Shown here: one piece after another, positions 49,142-59,878 of the stretch
Layout of the letters: the number at the start of each line of letters is the position of its first letter
How positions within the stretch are numbered: position 1 is the first letter of the stretch
Source of the DNA: an uncultured Pseudomonadota bacterium
Lineage (GTDB): Bacteria; Oederibacteriota; Muellerivitia; Muellerivitales; Muellerivitaceae
Direction of reading: 5' to 3'
NCBI GenBank assembly: GCA_963770835.1
Contig: CAVYRH010000005.1
Location: 128,001 to 192,000, forward strand
Length of the DNA stretch: 64,000 nt
Notes under the pieces: generated by a model
What the model saw: the letters and a program-made list of their open reading frames with translations, nothing else
Databases searched by the model: none
What the model was told of the DNA's origin: nothing
Program-made: the position numbers and the translations under genes

Positions 49142-49959
49142 TGTGGGCTCTCTATGCCCTGGGGTCGGGCATCTTTAACGCCCTTTGGACGGCCCGAATC
49201 AAACCGAATGTCCAAAAAGAAGGAGCCTTGCCCTTTACGGCTTCCATCCGGTGGGGTGTCGTCCTTCTATTGCTTCCCCTCACGATTGTGCACTGGAAAC
49301 CTGTTTCGGTCCAATGGTGGATCTTTACCCTTTTAAGCGGGGTCTTTGAATCCCTAAGCGTTTGGGCGCTGGCCAAGGGTGCGAGAAGGGATTATTACTC
49401 CAGCTATGCCCTGAGTAATATCACGCCCCTCTTCGTGTTTTTCGCGGCTCACCTCTTCCTGGGGGAAGCCATCACCTTTTGGTTGGGTCTGGGGGTTGGT
49501 TTTGTGGTTGTAGGGATCCTTTGGCTTTACTACCGAGGACATTGGTCCTGGTGGGGCTTTATCACGGCCGTCATCGGAACCTTCAGCAGTCTTTTCAGTA
49601 AAAAGGTAATCGGACAAGCCGATCCTATCACCCATGCCTGTGTTTCCTTCGCCATGGGAGCGACCTTTTGTACTTTGCTTTCCATGAGGGAAAGGGAGAA
49701 GCTTCCCGAGGTCATCCAAATTCTCAAAAATATTTGGGCCCATCGTTACCTGACTGTGGGCTCGGCCTTGGCCACCTGGTTTTTTTACATGTCCCTGTTT
49801 CTTGCGCCACTCAACCGCATGAGTCCTTTGGTGCGGATCAATATCATCGTGGGATTTCTTTTAAGTGTTTTTCACCTGAAAGAAAGCCATGATTGGAAGG
49901 GAAGGGGTTTTGGCGCTATATTGATCCTTCTGGGCCTTGTCCTGGTCCTAATCCAATAG
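49141..49959 (+). CDS. EamA/DMT family transporter
   Basis: Two hydrophobic repeats ending LFLGE and LKE; about 10 TMs. Confidence 0.75.
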   Translation: MWALYALGSGIFNALWTARIKPNVQKEGALPFTASIRWGVVLLLLPLTIVHWKPVSVQWWIFTLLSGVFESLSVWALAKGARRDYYSSYALSNITPLFVFFAAHLFLGEAITFWLGLGVGFVVVGILWLYYRGHWSWWGFITAVIGTFSSLFSKKVIGQADPITHACVSFAMGATFCTLLSMREREKLPEVIQILKNIWAHRYLTVGSALATWFFYMSLFLAPLNRMSPLVRINIIVGFLLSVFHLKESHDWKGRGFGAILILLGLVLVLIQ

Positions 49960-49968
49960 GAGACGCTT

Positions 49969-50382
49969 GTGAAATCATTGACCGAATACATATGGTTCAA
50001 TACCAAAAAACACCGGGAATACATCAACATCACCCTCGACGTGGAAAAAGCGGTGAAGAAGAGCGGGATTCAAGAAGGAATGGTTCTAGTTTCGGCCATG
50101 CATATCACGGCCGGGGTTTACGTTAACGACGCGGAAGATGGACTGATCGCCGATATCGATGAATGGCTGGAAAAACTGGCGCCTTACCGGGAGAATTACC
50201 GGCATCATTTGACCGGTGAGACAAACGGTGATTCCCACTTGAAAAGCCTCTTGGTGCACCATGAGGTCATCGTGCCGGTGACGGGCGGGAAATTGGATTT
50301 CGGCCCTTGGCAGCAGATTTACTATGCCGAATTTGACGGTCAACGCAAAAAGCGCCTGATCATCAAAGTGATTGGGGAATAA
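49969..50382 (+). CDS. yjbQ: YjbQ (UPF0047) family protein
   Basis: HITAGV.VND, Y.H....E.NGD.HLK, G.LD.GPWQQI.Y.EFDG.R. Confidence 0.92.
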   Translation: MKSLTEYIWFNTKKHREYINITLDVEKAVKKSGIQEGMVLVSAMHITAGVYVNDAEDGLIADIDEWLEKLAPYRENYRHHLTGETNGDSHLKSLLVHHEVIVPVTGGKLDFGPWQQIYYAEFDGQRKKRLIIKVIGE

Positions 50383-50678
50383 TGCAAACCAGTGAACCAA
50401 AGTTTGAAAAATATGTTTTTGTGTGCATCAACGAGCGCCCGGCTGGTGAAAGGGTTTCTTGTGGTGGAACCTTCTGCGGTAAGGAACTTTCGGAAAGACT
50501 TAAAGACGCCGTGAAAACAGCTGGACAGGCAAAACGTATCCGTGTATCCAAAACCAAATGTCTGGATGTGTGCGAGGAGGGCCCCAATGTCCTGGTTTAT
50601 CCCGATAATGTTTGGTTTAAACAGGTGGAATTGACGGATATTCCGGCCATTCTTGCCAAACTTGGAATCCGGCCGTAA
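50382..50678 (+). CDS. Thioredoxin-like [2Fe-2S] ferredoxin
   Basis: VFVC.N.R......SC, CL..C..GP..LVYPD.VW. Confidence 0.9.
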   Translation: MQTSEPKFEKYVFVCINERPAGERVSCGGTFCGKELSERLKDAVKTAGQAKRIRVSKTKCLDVCEEGPNVLVYPDNVWFKQVELTDIPAILAKLGIRP

Positions 50679-50721
50679 AGTAAGAAAAGATTTTTTGAAT
50701 CAATGCTGACAATTAAAACGT

Positions 50722-51063
50722 GGGGGTGACCGGTTTCGACTGGGAAACTGAACTTTTGGGTGCGTGTCGAGGCGCCATCGCTCGTCAAACATGGCAACGG
50801 TTTAACTGCCGACAATCAGTTAGCTCTGGCCGCTTAAGCGGTTAGCGTTTCGCCCTTGATGCCTATTAGGGGGAGGAAACGTATGCAGTAGGCTGGTCCG
50901 GATCAGGCTTGTTCCACCGATGGCCGGACGAGATTCAATGGGACTGGCTCTCCGCCGGCCGCTCGGGAGCGAGCGGGGGGCGAGACTCTTTCCTGAGCTA
51001 CGCACGTAGGGCCCATTACGGATGTTTTTCAGGACGTGGGTTCGATTCCCACCACCTCCACCA
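50722..51063 (+). ncRNA. ssrA: tmRNA; tag (A)ADNQLALAA encoded at 50808-50837
   Basis: 5' GGGGGTGACCGGTTTCGAC and 3' GTGGGTTCGATTCCCACCACCTCCACCA; acceptor stem with G3.U; tag ORF ending ALAA-stop. Confidence 0.97.
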
Positions 51064-51073
51064 TTTTATCGTT

Positions 51074-51106
51074 CCCGCCTGGCAATAGATCGGCAAGGGT
51101 TTTTTT
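51074..51106 (+). terminator. Probable terminator after ssrA
   Basis: CCCGCC...GGCAAGGG followed by T7. Confidence 0.55.
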
Positions 51107-51126
51107 ATTAATTAATGGTGAACCGC

Positions 51127-51672
51127 ATGAAAATATTAAAAATGATTTTCATCGTCTTGGTTGTTTTTATTATTGCTTTCGTTATGGTCGGATTTTTACT
51201 ACCCACAAAATGGAAGGTCGAACGTTCCATTGTGGTTAATGCTCCTGTCAGCGTGATCTATCCTCTCGTGGCCAATTTTAAAGCGGGCTGGCCCCAATGG
51301 AGTGCCTTTGACTTTGAAGATCCCTCGATCCAGTACAGTTATTCGGGACCGGATGAGGGGATTGGAGCAACCCGGTCTTGGGTTTCGAAGAAAATGGGGG
51401 ATGGTTCCCAAAGCATTACCGGAGCCGACCCGGCCGTCGGTGTTACTTTCCAACTTCAAATGACGCAAAACAGCTTTTCATTGAACGGCAAAATTACCTT
51501 TGAACCGACGGCGACGGGGACCAAAGTAACATGGACGGATTTTGGTGATGCCGGCAACAATTTGATGTTCCGTTATATGGCCACTTTGATGGATAAGATG
51601 ATGGGTGCCACTTTTGAAAAAAGCCTGTTTGTTCTCAAACAAAAATCGGAATCCGTTACCCCGCATCTCTAA
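51127..51672 (+). CDS. SRPBCC family protein
   Basis: N-terminal TM; VERSI.VNAP, W..WS, G.GA...W, GTKVTW, MG..FEK.L..LK. Confidence 0.88.
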   Translation: MKILKMIFIVLVVFIIAFVMVGFLLPTKWKVERSIVVNAPVSVIYPLVANFKAGWPQWSAFDFEDPSIQYSYSGPDEGIGATRSWVSKKMGDGSQSITGADPAVGVTFQLQMTQNSFSLNGKITFEPTATGTKVTWTDFGDAGNNLMFRYMATLMDKMMGATFEKSLFVLKQKSESVTPHL

Positions 51673-52005
51673 GCTCCGATTTCTTTAAGACCCCACCACT
51701 GAGCAGTATTTCGATCGTGCCCCGCCATAAAATTCGATAATCGTTTGTACACGTTTGAATTGGCGAAGTCTTTTTTTGTGTTTTAAAAAGGTGATATTCG
51801 TCATAAAAGAATTGCACGGCTAGTCTTACTCTTTGGCGAGATTTAACGTTTTAAACATTCCTTAAGTTTCAGAACGAACTGTCGTTAGAAGTTAGCAGCA
51901 AGTTTGTCAAACCGAAAGCCGGGCAGTTTGAACTTTGAAAAGATTAGGGCTTTTGTTAAACTATTTCGGCTTTCCCACCTTATGAATAAAAAGAGGCCAT
52001 CCTTC

Positions 52006-53043
52006 ATGAAAAAGTTTTTGCTCTTTCCAATGGCGGTTTTGCTTTTGCTGGCGAACAGCCACCAGGTAATCGCCGCAGGCCCCACGAACGTGAAGGATCC
52101 TATCACGGTTTCCACCGAATGGACGCGGGACAACAGCCCCTACGTCATTCAAAACGACATTGTTGTTTCCAAGGGCGCCGTCCTCACCATTGACCCTGGT
52201 GTTGAAGTTCAGTTCGTTGTTTCGGCGGGCACGAAGGTCGGTACAGGGCCCAATTTGGTTATTGAAGGTGGTTTAAAAGCGTTAGGGAACGCAACTGCCG
52301 CGATTTCATTCAACCCCGCGGCAACGGGTTCATTATGGGGCGCCCTTTATTTCTACAACGGGGATTCCACGAACTGTATTCTCCAAGGTTGCCTGATTAA
52401 GGGGGGGCGTATCGTCTGCAACGGGGCCTCACCCACGATCACCCAATGCGCCATTTACGGCGCGAAGACGGGCGTTGAAATTTACGCAAATTCTCAGCCC
52501 CAAATCGTCAATAACAAAATCACGGCCAACGGCTACGGCATTTCCTTGATGGCGGACACGGCCAGCCCCGTCATTACTAACAACGAAATCTACAACAACA
52601 ATTTAGGTTTTGTTTTAAAAGATTTTGGAACGCCTACTATCTCAGGGAACAAGATTTACAATAATTTAAAATACAATATGGTCAATTACTCGGCAAAATC
52701 TTTGAATACTCCCAATAACGATTTCCGTATGGTGGACACTCAACAGATTATCCGGACCATCTACGACGGGGCCTATAATGCCAGTTTGGGGCGCATTAAT
52801 TTTATGCCCTACGTTGGGATGCCTGCGGGCCAGGGGCAACCAATCGTGGCGAGCGCCTCCAACACATCCGCGAGCCAAGAAAAACCGAAAATTCAAGAAG
52901 AGGATTATTGGAGTTACGGCCGTCCCTTTGACGCGATGAAAATCAGTAATGTCGATGACCAAAAGAAAAAGCCCTCCAATACGGTCAAAGTGTTAGCGGT
53001 CGGGGCAACAGCCGTGGTGACGGTTGTACTTCTTTTTCTTTGA
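52006..53043 (+). CDS. Secreted right-handed parallel beta-helix protein
   Basis: Signal peptide; WT..NSPY, V..GA.LTI.PGV.V, SP.I.NN.I..N repeats; hydrophobic C-terminal tail. Confidence 0.8.
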   Translation: MKKFLLFPMAVLLLLANSHQVIAAGPTNVKDPITVSTEWTRDNSPYVIQNDIVVSKGAVLTIDPGVEVQFVVSAGTKVGTGPNLVIEGGLKALGNATAAISFNPAATGSLWGALYFYNGDSTNCILQGCLIKGGRIVCNGASPTITQCAIYGAKTGVEIYANSQPQIVNNKITANGYGISLMADTASPVITNNEIYNNNLGFVLKDFGTPTISGNKIYNNLKYNMVNYSAKSLNTPNNDFRMVDTQQIIRTIYDGAYNASLGRINFMPYVGMPAGQGQPIVASASNTSASQEKPKIQEEDYWSYGRPFDAMKISNVDDQKKKPSNTVKVLAVGATAVVTVVLLFL

Positions 53044-53141
53044 AGCGGCTGCATCCTCTCAAAAAACCGGATTTTGTTTTAATTTCGATGGCGTTTTCCC
53101 CGTCATAAGCCACGCCGGACCCATCCTTACTGGTGCCTGCC

Positions 53142-53501
53142 ATGAAGCTAGAGAAACGAAAAGCCAGCCGTGTTATCCTGTCGGTACCGGTTCAGTACAA
53201 GGTATTCCAGATCGACCAACTTGAAGAGAATATCCAAGACGAGGTCTTAAGATTCAAAGCGAATCTCCAGGATGTCAGTTTAGGCGGGCTTCAAGTTGTT
53301 TCGGCCAATTCCTTCCGGAAAGGAGATATCTTGGAAATAGAAATAAAGATTCCGGCAGGCGGAGGAGTACAGTCGGTCGCCAAGGTCATTTGGTGCAAAA
53401 GGGAGGGTTCCGGACCGGATTATCGGTCGGGAATTCAATTCATCCCGGTATACGAGGAAGATTTAATCAAACTGAGGGATTATTTGAAAGGCGGCGGTTG
53501 A
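53142..53501 (+). CDS. PilZ domain protein
   Basis: EKRKASR (RxxxR), DVSLGG, AKVIW, GIQF. Confidence 0.88.
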   Translation: MKLEKRKASRVILSVPVQYKVFQIDQLEENIQDEVLRFKANLQDVSLGGLQVVSANSFRKGDILEIEIKIPAGGGVQSVAKVIWCKREGSGPDYRSGIQFIPVYEEDLIKLRDYLKGGG

Positions 53502-53504
53502 TTC

Positions 53505-53885
53505 ATGGCGGTCCCATCCCCCTTCGACAAAAGAATTTCCCCCCGCTTCCCAGTTCGTATCCACATCCGTTTCCGGCTTTTAAGCTCACCTGATGGGGAA
53601 GCGCCCGAACCCGAACTTCATAACGGCAACAACCTGATGTCGAACATCAGCCGAACAGGATTCTTTCTCTCGACGAAAAACTACCTCGAAGTCTCCTCAC
53701 AGATCGAAGTGGAGTTTCCGCTGGAGGAATTCAAACAGGTGCTACGGGCGGAAGCGGAGGTTGTCCGCGCCAATCACGCGAATTTTCCAAATCAGGGGCG
53801 TTATGAATATGGCCTGCACTTTCTTTCCATGCATCCCCATTTCCGGGAGACCTTGGATAAATTCCTGAGGGTTGCGGGGGGCTGA
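53505..53885 (+). CDS. PilZ domain protein
   Basis: DKRISPR (RxxxR), NISRTG, AEVVR, YGLHF. Confidence 0.88.
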   Translation: MAVPSPFDKRISPRFPVRIHIRFRLLSSPDGEAPEPELHNGNNLMSNISRTGFFLSTKNYLEVSSQIEVEFPLEEFKQVLRAEAEVVRANHANFPNQGRYEYGLHFLSMHPHFRETLDKFLRVAGG

Positions 53886-53929
53886 GGGGTAATAAAGTCC
53901 CCGATTTCCATGTGCTTCTGAAACCTTTC

Positions 53930-53958
53930 TTGTCCTCCCGACTCAATTCGTGTAATAT
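53930..53958 (+). promoter_or_regulatory. Putative promoter of the skp-lpx operon
   Basis: TTGTCC-17 nt-TAATAT. Confidence 0.45.
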
Positions 53959-54073
53959 TTCCGCTCTATTCCTCCGGCCCCGGGATCTGCGTACCTTTTC
54001 CCAAAACGAAAGGGAACGGGTTGATTGAAAAGACGCGCGACGGAACGCCGGATAAAACTACTAAGGAGTTCTT

Positions 54074-54592
54074 ATGCGTTGGATTGCATTGTTGTGCTGC
54101 TTTTTGACAGCTTCCATGGTTTCGGCCAAGGATTTAAAGATCGCCGTTGTGGATATGCAGAAACTTTTTAACAGTTATCCGGGAACCCAGAAGGCCAAGG
54201 ATAAGCTCGCGGACATGGAAAAAAAGAAAAGAGATGATTTGTCCGACCAAGCCCAGGAGCTGAAAGACTTGGAAAAGGACCTGAGCGATTCCAGCTCGGT
54301 TCTCTCAGAAACACAACGGGCCCGTAAGACGAAAGAATATAAAAGCAAATTGGCTGCTTTCAGCCAGGACCAGGATGAAGCTCAAAAGGAAGTAATGGCG
54401 AAGGAAAGCGAAATGAGCCAAACCATCAAAGGTGAAATCAAGGACATCGTGGCTGCCGTGGCCAAGGACAAGGGAATCGACCTGGTCTTGGACCAGGATC
54501 AAACCGTTTACGCCATGGACGCCGCCGATTTAACCGAGAATGTCCTCAATAAGTTTAAAGATATGGACAAGGCCGATTCTTCTTCAAAATAG
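54074..54592 (+). CDS. skp: Skp/OmpH periplasmic chaperone
   Basis: Signal peptide, KIAVVD.Q, coiled coil, VA..KG.DLVLD, DLT..VL; lies upstream of lpxD. Confidence 0.9.
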   Translation: MRWIALLCCFLTASMVSAKDLKIAVVDMQKLFNSYPGTQKAKDKLADMEKKKRDDLSDQAQELKDLEKDLSDSSSVLSETQRARKTKEYKSKLAAFSQDQDEAQKEVMAKESEMSQTIKGEIKDIVAAVAKDKGIDLVLDQDQTVYAMDAADLTENVLNKFKDMDKADSSSK

Positions 54593-54607
54593 GCAAGCAT
54601 TAATAAG

Positions 54608-55669
54608 ATGGTGAGCATGGGGATTTCTTTTTCTCTGGAAAGCCTTGCCCGTGAGATTGGCGCAACCGCGCTCGGTGACAAATCCCTCGTGATTACGGGG
54701 GTGGCGTCTTTGGATTCAGCGAAGGAAGGGGATTTGACCTTTCTCACGAATCCCCGTTATGCGAAAACGGCTGCGGGCACAAAGGCATCCGTGATTTTGT
54801 GTGAAAAGGTTTTGCCCCAGGTTCCAAAAGCCTTTTTACTTGCCCCGAACCCTTATGCGGCGCTCGCCAAGGTCATCTCTCTTTTTTTCCCTCCGAAGAT
54901 CCAAGCCTCCGGCATTCGAAAAGGAGCTTGGGTCGACCCCCAGGCCTCTGTTGATCCTCAAGCTTGCGTGGCGGATGGCGCTACGGTGGCGGCGGGTGCC
55001 CGTGTGGGAGCCCGTAGCATGCTTTATCCCGGAACCTATATCGGGGAAGGCGCCGTGGTTGGGGAAGACTGCCTCCTTTACCCCAATGTGACTATCCGGG
55101 AAAATTGTGTATTGGGAAACCGGGTTATTTTGCAACCGGGGGTGGTTGTGGGCTCGGACGGTTTTGGCTTTGCCCCCGAGGGCGAGGGCTATCGCAAAAT
55201 CCCCCAAGTAGGAAACGTCGTGATCGAGGACGATGTGGAACTGGGAGCCAACACCTGCGTGGATCGTGCCGTCCTTGGGACGACGCGGATTGGAAAGGGC
55301 ACAAAGTTGGACAACCTGATTCAAATCGGACACAACGTCGAGATCGGTCAACACACGGTTATGGCGGCTTTGACCGGCATTTCCGGTTCGACCAAAGTCG
55401 GTAACCATGTCGTGATGGGGGGGCAAGTGGGGCTGGCGGGCCACTTGAAGATCGGCGATGGAGTGACACTGGCCACCCGGACCGGCGTCATGGAAGACAT
55501 TACGGAAAAAGGCGTTTATTGGGGCTCGCCTTCGATTGACATGGCCATGGAAATGAAAAACGTCGCCGCTTACCGCCAATTACCGGAGCTGATAAGACGG
55601 ATCAGGGGCCTTGAAAAAGCCCTGGAAGGGCTTCGAAAGGGTGGGGAAGCAGGTCGAGATGGTAAATAA
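54608..55669 (+). CDS. lpxD: UDP-3-O-acyl-glucosamine N-acyltransferase
   Basis: [32 protein letters not shown], hexapeptide repeats. Confidence 0.96.
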   Translation: MVSMGISFSLESLAREIGATALGDKSLVITGVASLDSAKEGDLTFLTNPRYAKTAAGTKASVILCEKVLPQVPKAFLLAPNPYAALAKVISLFFPPKIQASGIRKGAWVDPQASVDPQACVADGATVAAGARVGARSMLYPGTYIGEGAVVGEDCLLYPNVTIRENCVLGNRVILQPGVVVGSDGFGFAPEGEGYRKIPQVGNVVIEDDVELGANTCVDRAVLGTTRIGKGTKLDNLIQIGHNVEIGQHTVMAALTGISGSTKVGNHVVMGGQVGLAGHLKIGDGVTLATRTGVMEDITEKGVYWGSPSIDMAMEMKNVAAYRQLPELIRRIRGLEKALEGLRKGGEAGRDGK

Positions 55670-56993
55670 ACCTGCCCTGCCCCGCCAAAAAACCATTTCC
55701 CATTCTTTTACCTTCGATGGCGTCGGATTACATACGGGAAAAAAGTGCCGGGTAAAAGTTTCGCCCCTTCCGGAAGGATCGGGCCTTCGGTTCTTCAGGT
55801 CCGATTTAAACGCTGAAATCCCCGTTACCCCCGAAGCGGTTTCCAGCACCAAGCGGGGTACTGCCTTGAGCGGAGAGAAGAACGCCGTCATCCATACGGT
55901 TGAGCATTTTTTGGCCGCTGTTCAAGGGTTGGGAATCACTAACCTCAAGGTTGAGATGGACTCGGAAGAAATGCCGATCATGGACGGCAGTGCGGCCCCG
56001 TTTTGTGAACTGCTGAAAGGAGCGGGGATTACTCCACAGCAAGAAACGGTTGAACCCTTACGGATTACGGCTCCGATTGAACTGAATTTTGGGGCTACGG
56101 TCTTAAAAGCCGAGCCTGCCGAGGGTCTTCAATTAGATGTCACCATATCTTTTCCTTATCCCGGTCTGGAAAACCAGAAAAAGACCTTTAATTTGCAAGA
56201 CCAGAATTTTGAAATCGAGCTGGCCTCGGCCCGAACTTTTTGCTTTGAAGAGGAGGTTGAGCAGTTACGCCGACAGGGATTGATCAAGGGGGGGAACCTG
56301 GATTGCGCGATCGTCTTGGGGAAGACTGGGATTTTAAACGGCCCCTTTCGTTATGAAGATGAAATTGTCCGCCACAAAACACTGGATTTGTTGGGAGATC
56401 TGACGCTTTTAAACCGTCCCCTATGGGCGAAGGTCACGGTGAAAATGGCCGGCCACCGTTACCACGTGGAATTAGCCAAGGCCATCCTGAAACAAGCCGG
56501 GAACGGTACCCGGACGATAAAACCTGAATTAAGAGAGAGGGCTATGCTCGACATCACGGAAATCCAAAAAATCTTGCCACACCGGTATCCTTTTTTACTT
56601 GCGGACCGAATCCTGGAATTGGAACCCAACAAACGGGTGGTGGGAATCAAAAACGTGACGGCGAACGAACCCTTTTTCCAAGGGCATTTTCCGGGAAACC
56701 CCATCATGCCGGGTGTCTTGGTTTTGGAAGCAATGGCCCAAATCGGCGGCGTAGCTTTTTTGTGCAATCCGGCGAACGCGGGGAAGATGCTCTATTTAGC
56801 CGGGGTGGACAACGCCCGGTTCCGCAAGCCGATTGTGCCGGGCGACCAGATCCGCTTTGAAACCGAGGTGGTATTTGTGCGCACTAAAATCGGCAAGATC
56901 GCTGGAAAAGCTTTCGTGGACGGCAAACTGGCCGTGGAAGCCGAGCTCATTTGCGGGATTGTGGAGATAGGTTCCAAGAACGAGGAAATGTAA
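55659..56993 (+). CDS. lpxC: Bifunctional LpxC/FabZ
   Basis: [32 protein letters not shown]; then [34 protein letters not shown]. Confidence 0.95.
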   Translation: MVNKPALPRQKTISHSFTFDGVGLHTGKKCRVKVSPLPEGSGLRFFRSDLNAEIPVTPEAVSSTKRGTALSGEKNAVIHTVEHFLAAVQGLGITNLKVEMDSEEMPIMDGSAAPFCELLKGAGITPQQETVEPLRITAPIELNFGATVLKAEPAEGLQLDVTISFPYPGLENQKKTFNLQDQNFEIELASARTFCFEEEVEQLRRQGLIKGGNLDCAIVLGKTGILNGPFRYEDEIVRHKTLDLLGDLTLLNRPLWAKVTVKMAGHRYHVELAKAILKQAGNGTRTIKPELRERAMLDITEIQKILPHRYPFLLADRILELEPNKRVVGIKNVTANEPFFQGHFPGNPIMPGVLVLEAMAQIGGVAFLCNPANAGKMLYLAGVDNARFRKPIVPGDQIRFETEVVFVRTKIGKIAGKAFVDGKLAVEAELICGIVEIGSKNEEM

Positions 56994-56995
56994 AA

Positions 56996-57781
56996 ATGCC
57001 CGTGTCTTCCCTCAAAATCCATCCGACGGCGATCGTCGATTCCAAGGCCCGGCTTGCAGAAAGCGTAACAGTCGGTCCCTATTCCATCATTGACGGGGAG
57101 GTTACCATCGGGGAAGACACGGTGATCGGCGCACATTGCGTCATCACGGGACATACGGTGCTCGGCAAGAAAAACCGAATTTTCACCGGGGCGGTTGTTG
57201 GGAGCGAACCCCAGGATGTCAAATATCACGGGGAGGAAACCTACCTCGAAATTGGTGACGAAAACGTCATCCGGGAATACGCCACCATCAATCCTGGCAC
57301 GGGTGAGGGAAGCCGGACCGTCATTGGCAACGACAACTGGATCATGATCCAAGCCCATGTGGGGCATAACTGTGTTATTCACAACCATGTCAAATTAGCC
57401 AATGGCGTGATGCTGGGGGGGCACGCGGTGATCGAGGATCATGCCACCGTGGGCGGGGGTACGCCTGTCCATCAATATGTCCGGATCGGAAAATACGCCA
57501 TGATCGGCGGTGGGTTCCGGGTGGTCCAGGATGTGGTGCCTTTCATGATGGCCGGGGACGAACCCCTCCGAATTTACGGGATAAACCAAGTTGGTTTAGA
57601 GCGGAACCAGGTTTCAAAAGAAACCATTGAGACATTAAAAAAAGCTCATCGGGTTATATTCCGCAACAACCTAATCCTAAAAGAAGCCATTCAAGTCCTT
57701 TCGTCGGATTTTCCTCCCATTGAGGAAATTAAAAGCCTGATCGAATTCCTTAATACCTCCACTCGTGGGATCGTTCGTTAA
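56996..57781 (+). CDS. lpxA: Acyl-ACP--UDP-GlcNAc O-acyltransferase
   Basis: IHPTAIV, PQD.KY.GE, IRE..TI..GT, HV.H.C, HQ..RIG, DV.PF, N.VGL.R, RGI.R. Confidence 0.96.
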   Translation: MPVSSLKIHPTAIVDSKARLAESVTVGPYSIIDGEVTIGEDTVIGAHCVITGHTVLGKKNRIFTGAVVGSEPQDVKYHGEETYLEIGDENVIREYATINPGTGEGSRTVIGNDNWIMIQAHVGHNCVIHNHVKLANGVMLGGHAVIEDHATVGGGTPVHQYVRIGKYAMIGGGFRVVQDVVPFMMAGDEPLRIYGINQVGLERNQVSKETIETLKKAHRVIFRNNLILKEAIQVLSSDFPPIEEIKSLIEFLNTSTRGIVR

Positions 57782-57783
57782 CA

Positions 57784-58593
57784 ATGCCTTCTTCGCCCAT
57801 CATCGGATTAATCGCGGGTGGCGGGGAATTACCCCTCCTTTTCGCCCGTGAGGCAAAACGCCGGGGTTTTTTAGTCCAAACGGCGGCTGTCCGGGGTTCG
57901 GCCCAAGCTTCCATTGAGAAACTGAGCGATAATGTCATCTGGATTTCCATCGGCCAGCTGGGTGCCCTCATCGGTTTTTTCAAAAAACGGGGTGTTAAAC
58001 GCGCGGTCATGCATGGAAAAGTCCAACATTCCCAATTGTTCAGGAATTTCCGGTTGGATTGGAAAGCCCTCCAGGTGTGGAGCCGTCTCAAGGACCGGTC
58101 GGGAGAAGCGCTCTTGAAAGCCGTGGCTAAAGAACTCCAGGACTCCGGAACCACCCTTTTAGATGGCCGGACTTTCATGGAGAAAACCCTTATCCCCAAA
58201 GGGTACCTGACCGGCGTCCGGGTTAAGGGGGCGGTCCAAGAAACCATTATTTATGGGCTGAAACAAGCCCGCCGATTGGCCCAAGCAGGTATCGGCCAAA
58301 CTATCGCCGTTAAAGGGAACGCAGTAGCCTCCGTGGAGGCCATGGAAGGAAGTGACGAGGCCATCCGGCGCGCCGGACGCTGGGCGGGTCCCGGTGTCAT
58401 TGTCATTAAAGCCGCGAGTCCCCGGCAGGATTGGCGATTTGACATTCCCACTTTGGGTCCTCGGACCCTTCAAAGTCTTATTCAAGCCAAGGCCAAGGGT
58501 ATCGTCGTTGAGGGAGGCCGTGCCTTTCTTTTAAACCGCCCTAAAACGGTCGCCTTGGCGGGGAAATACGGGATCTTCATTCTTGCCGTTTAG
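57784..58593 (+). CDS. lpxI: UDP-2,3-diacylglucosamine diphosphatase LpxI
   Basis: GLIAG.G.LP, IGQ, VEAMEG.D..I.R, QD.RFD.PT.G..T; follows lpxA. Confidence 0.9.
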   Translation: MPSSPIIGLIAGGGELPLLFAREAKRRGFLVQTAAVRGSAQASIEKLSDNVIWISIGQLGALIGFFKKRGVKRAVMHGKVQHSQLFRNFRLDWKALQVWSRLKDRSGEALLKAVAKELQDSGTTLLDGRTFMEKTLIPKGYLTGVRVKGAVQETIIYGLKQARRLAQAGIGQTIAVKGNAVASVEAMEGSDEAIRRAGRWAGPGVIVIKAASPRQDWRFDIPTLGPRTLQSLIQAKAKGIVVEGGRAFLLNRPKTVALAGKYGIFILAV

Positions 58594-58624
58594 AACGTGA
58601 ATTATTGTTGAAAGGTCATGAGGC

Positions 58625-59863
58625 ATGAGTGGTCCCTCCCAAACAACCGGCTGGAGGAGCTGGACGGTTTTTCTTTCCGTAGCCCTTTTGTTAGGTATTA
58701 TCCTTCGTCTTTCATTTCCAGGTGACATTGAATACAAGGGCGACGAAAAATATATGTTCGACGTCACCCAATCAATTGGTGTGACGGAGCCTTGGCCGGT
58801 TTTAGGAATGGTTTCAGGCGGCCAGGTGAAAAACCCGGGTATGAGCGTGTGGATTCTTGGTGGCCTCTCCAAAATCAGCCATGCCTCCACCCCTCCGGAA
58901 CTGGCCCGGGCCGTCCAATGGCTTAACATCCTCGGCCTGTTGGTGCTGGCTTTTTTCAGTCTTTGTGTTCTGCCGGAGCAGGAACGACAGCCCTGGTGCT
59001 GGGCAACGGCGTTCGCGGCAGTCAGTCCTGTCGCCGTTCTTTTCCAGCGGAAGATATGGTCCCAATCCACGCTGCCCTTGTTTTGCGCGCTCTTTTGGAT
59101 GGCGTGGCATTACCGGCAAAAGCGGATCGGAGCGTTCTTTTGGGGGTTTTTGGGGGCTTGCCTGGGCCAGATTCACCTTTCCGGATTTTATTTAACCGCA
59201 GGCGCTTTTCTTTGGACGGTGTTTCGGGACCGCCGGGCCCGATGGGACTTCTGGTTCTTAGGTTCTTTAATCGGAGCTGCCCCCCTTATTCCATGGGTGC
59301 AGTATGTTTTTTCCAACGCCGGAACGGGGCTGACCTTGATGAATTTATTTTGGGTTATTTATCCAAAATATTGGATCTTTTGGGTGACCGATTCTTTGGG
59401 AATGGGACTGACCCACAGCATGAAAGCATCGTATTTTTTGGATTTTTTGCGCTATCCCTTGATTGCCGAAAGAGGCACCTACCTCGTTGGGATTTTGCAT
59501 GTTTGTATTATTGTGTGTGCAATCCTTATTTTTGTTTCAGCGTATAAAAAACGAGGCTTCCTGCGGGGAATTTCCGATTCATCCGAAACCGGATTGATCC
59601 TGAATTCGGCTCTGGTGATTTCGGGAATTTTGATGACCCTCTCTTGTTTCAAAATCAACCAGCATTACCTGATTATGAGTTTCCCTTTGGAATGGGTTTG
59701 GTTGGCCCGGCTGGGTCTTAGTGATCCCCGAGGTTCAAGGTGGTTGATGGCGATCTGGACGGCACAACTTTTGATTTCGATTTTGTTTTTAACCTACATT
59801 CATGTCAACCATGGCGTTCCGATGGGCGATTACGGAACCGCCTACCAATTCCAAACACCCTAA
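58625..59863 (+). CDS. Polytopic membrane protein, ArnT/PMT-like GT-C fold
   Basis: LR...P...EY.GDE, G..S.....NP, A.SP.AV...RKIW, QIH; many TMs. Confidence 0.6.
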   Translation: MSGPSQTTGWRSWTVFLSVALLLGIILRLSFPGDIEYKGDEKYMFDVTQSIGVTEPWPVLGMVSGGQVKNPGMSVWILGGLSKISHASTPPELARAVQWLNILGLLVLAFFSLCVLPEQERQPWCWATAFAAVSPVAVLFQRKIWSQSTLPLFCALFWMAWHYRQKRIGAFFWGFLGACLGQIHLSGFYLTAGAFLWTVFRDRRARWDFWFLGSLIGAAPLIPWVQYVFSNAGTGLTLMNLFWVIYPKYWIFWVTDSLGMGLTHSMKASYFLDFLRYPLIAERGTYLVGILHVCIIVCAILIFVSAYKKRGFLRGISDSSETGLILNSALVISGILMTLSCFKINQHYLIMSFPLEWVWLARLGLSDPRGSRWLMAIWTAQLLISILFLTYIHVNHGVPMGDYGTAYQFQTP

Positions 59864-59878
59864 CGACCGATGGCGTTT

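Noticed and set aside
51063..53900. Genomic island integrated at the tmRNA 3' end
   Set aside because: No integrase and no duplicated ssrA 3' end seen in the window.
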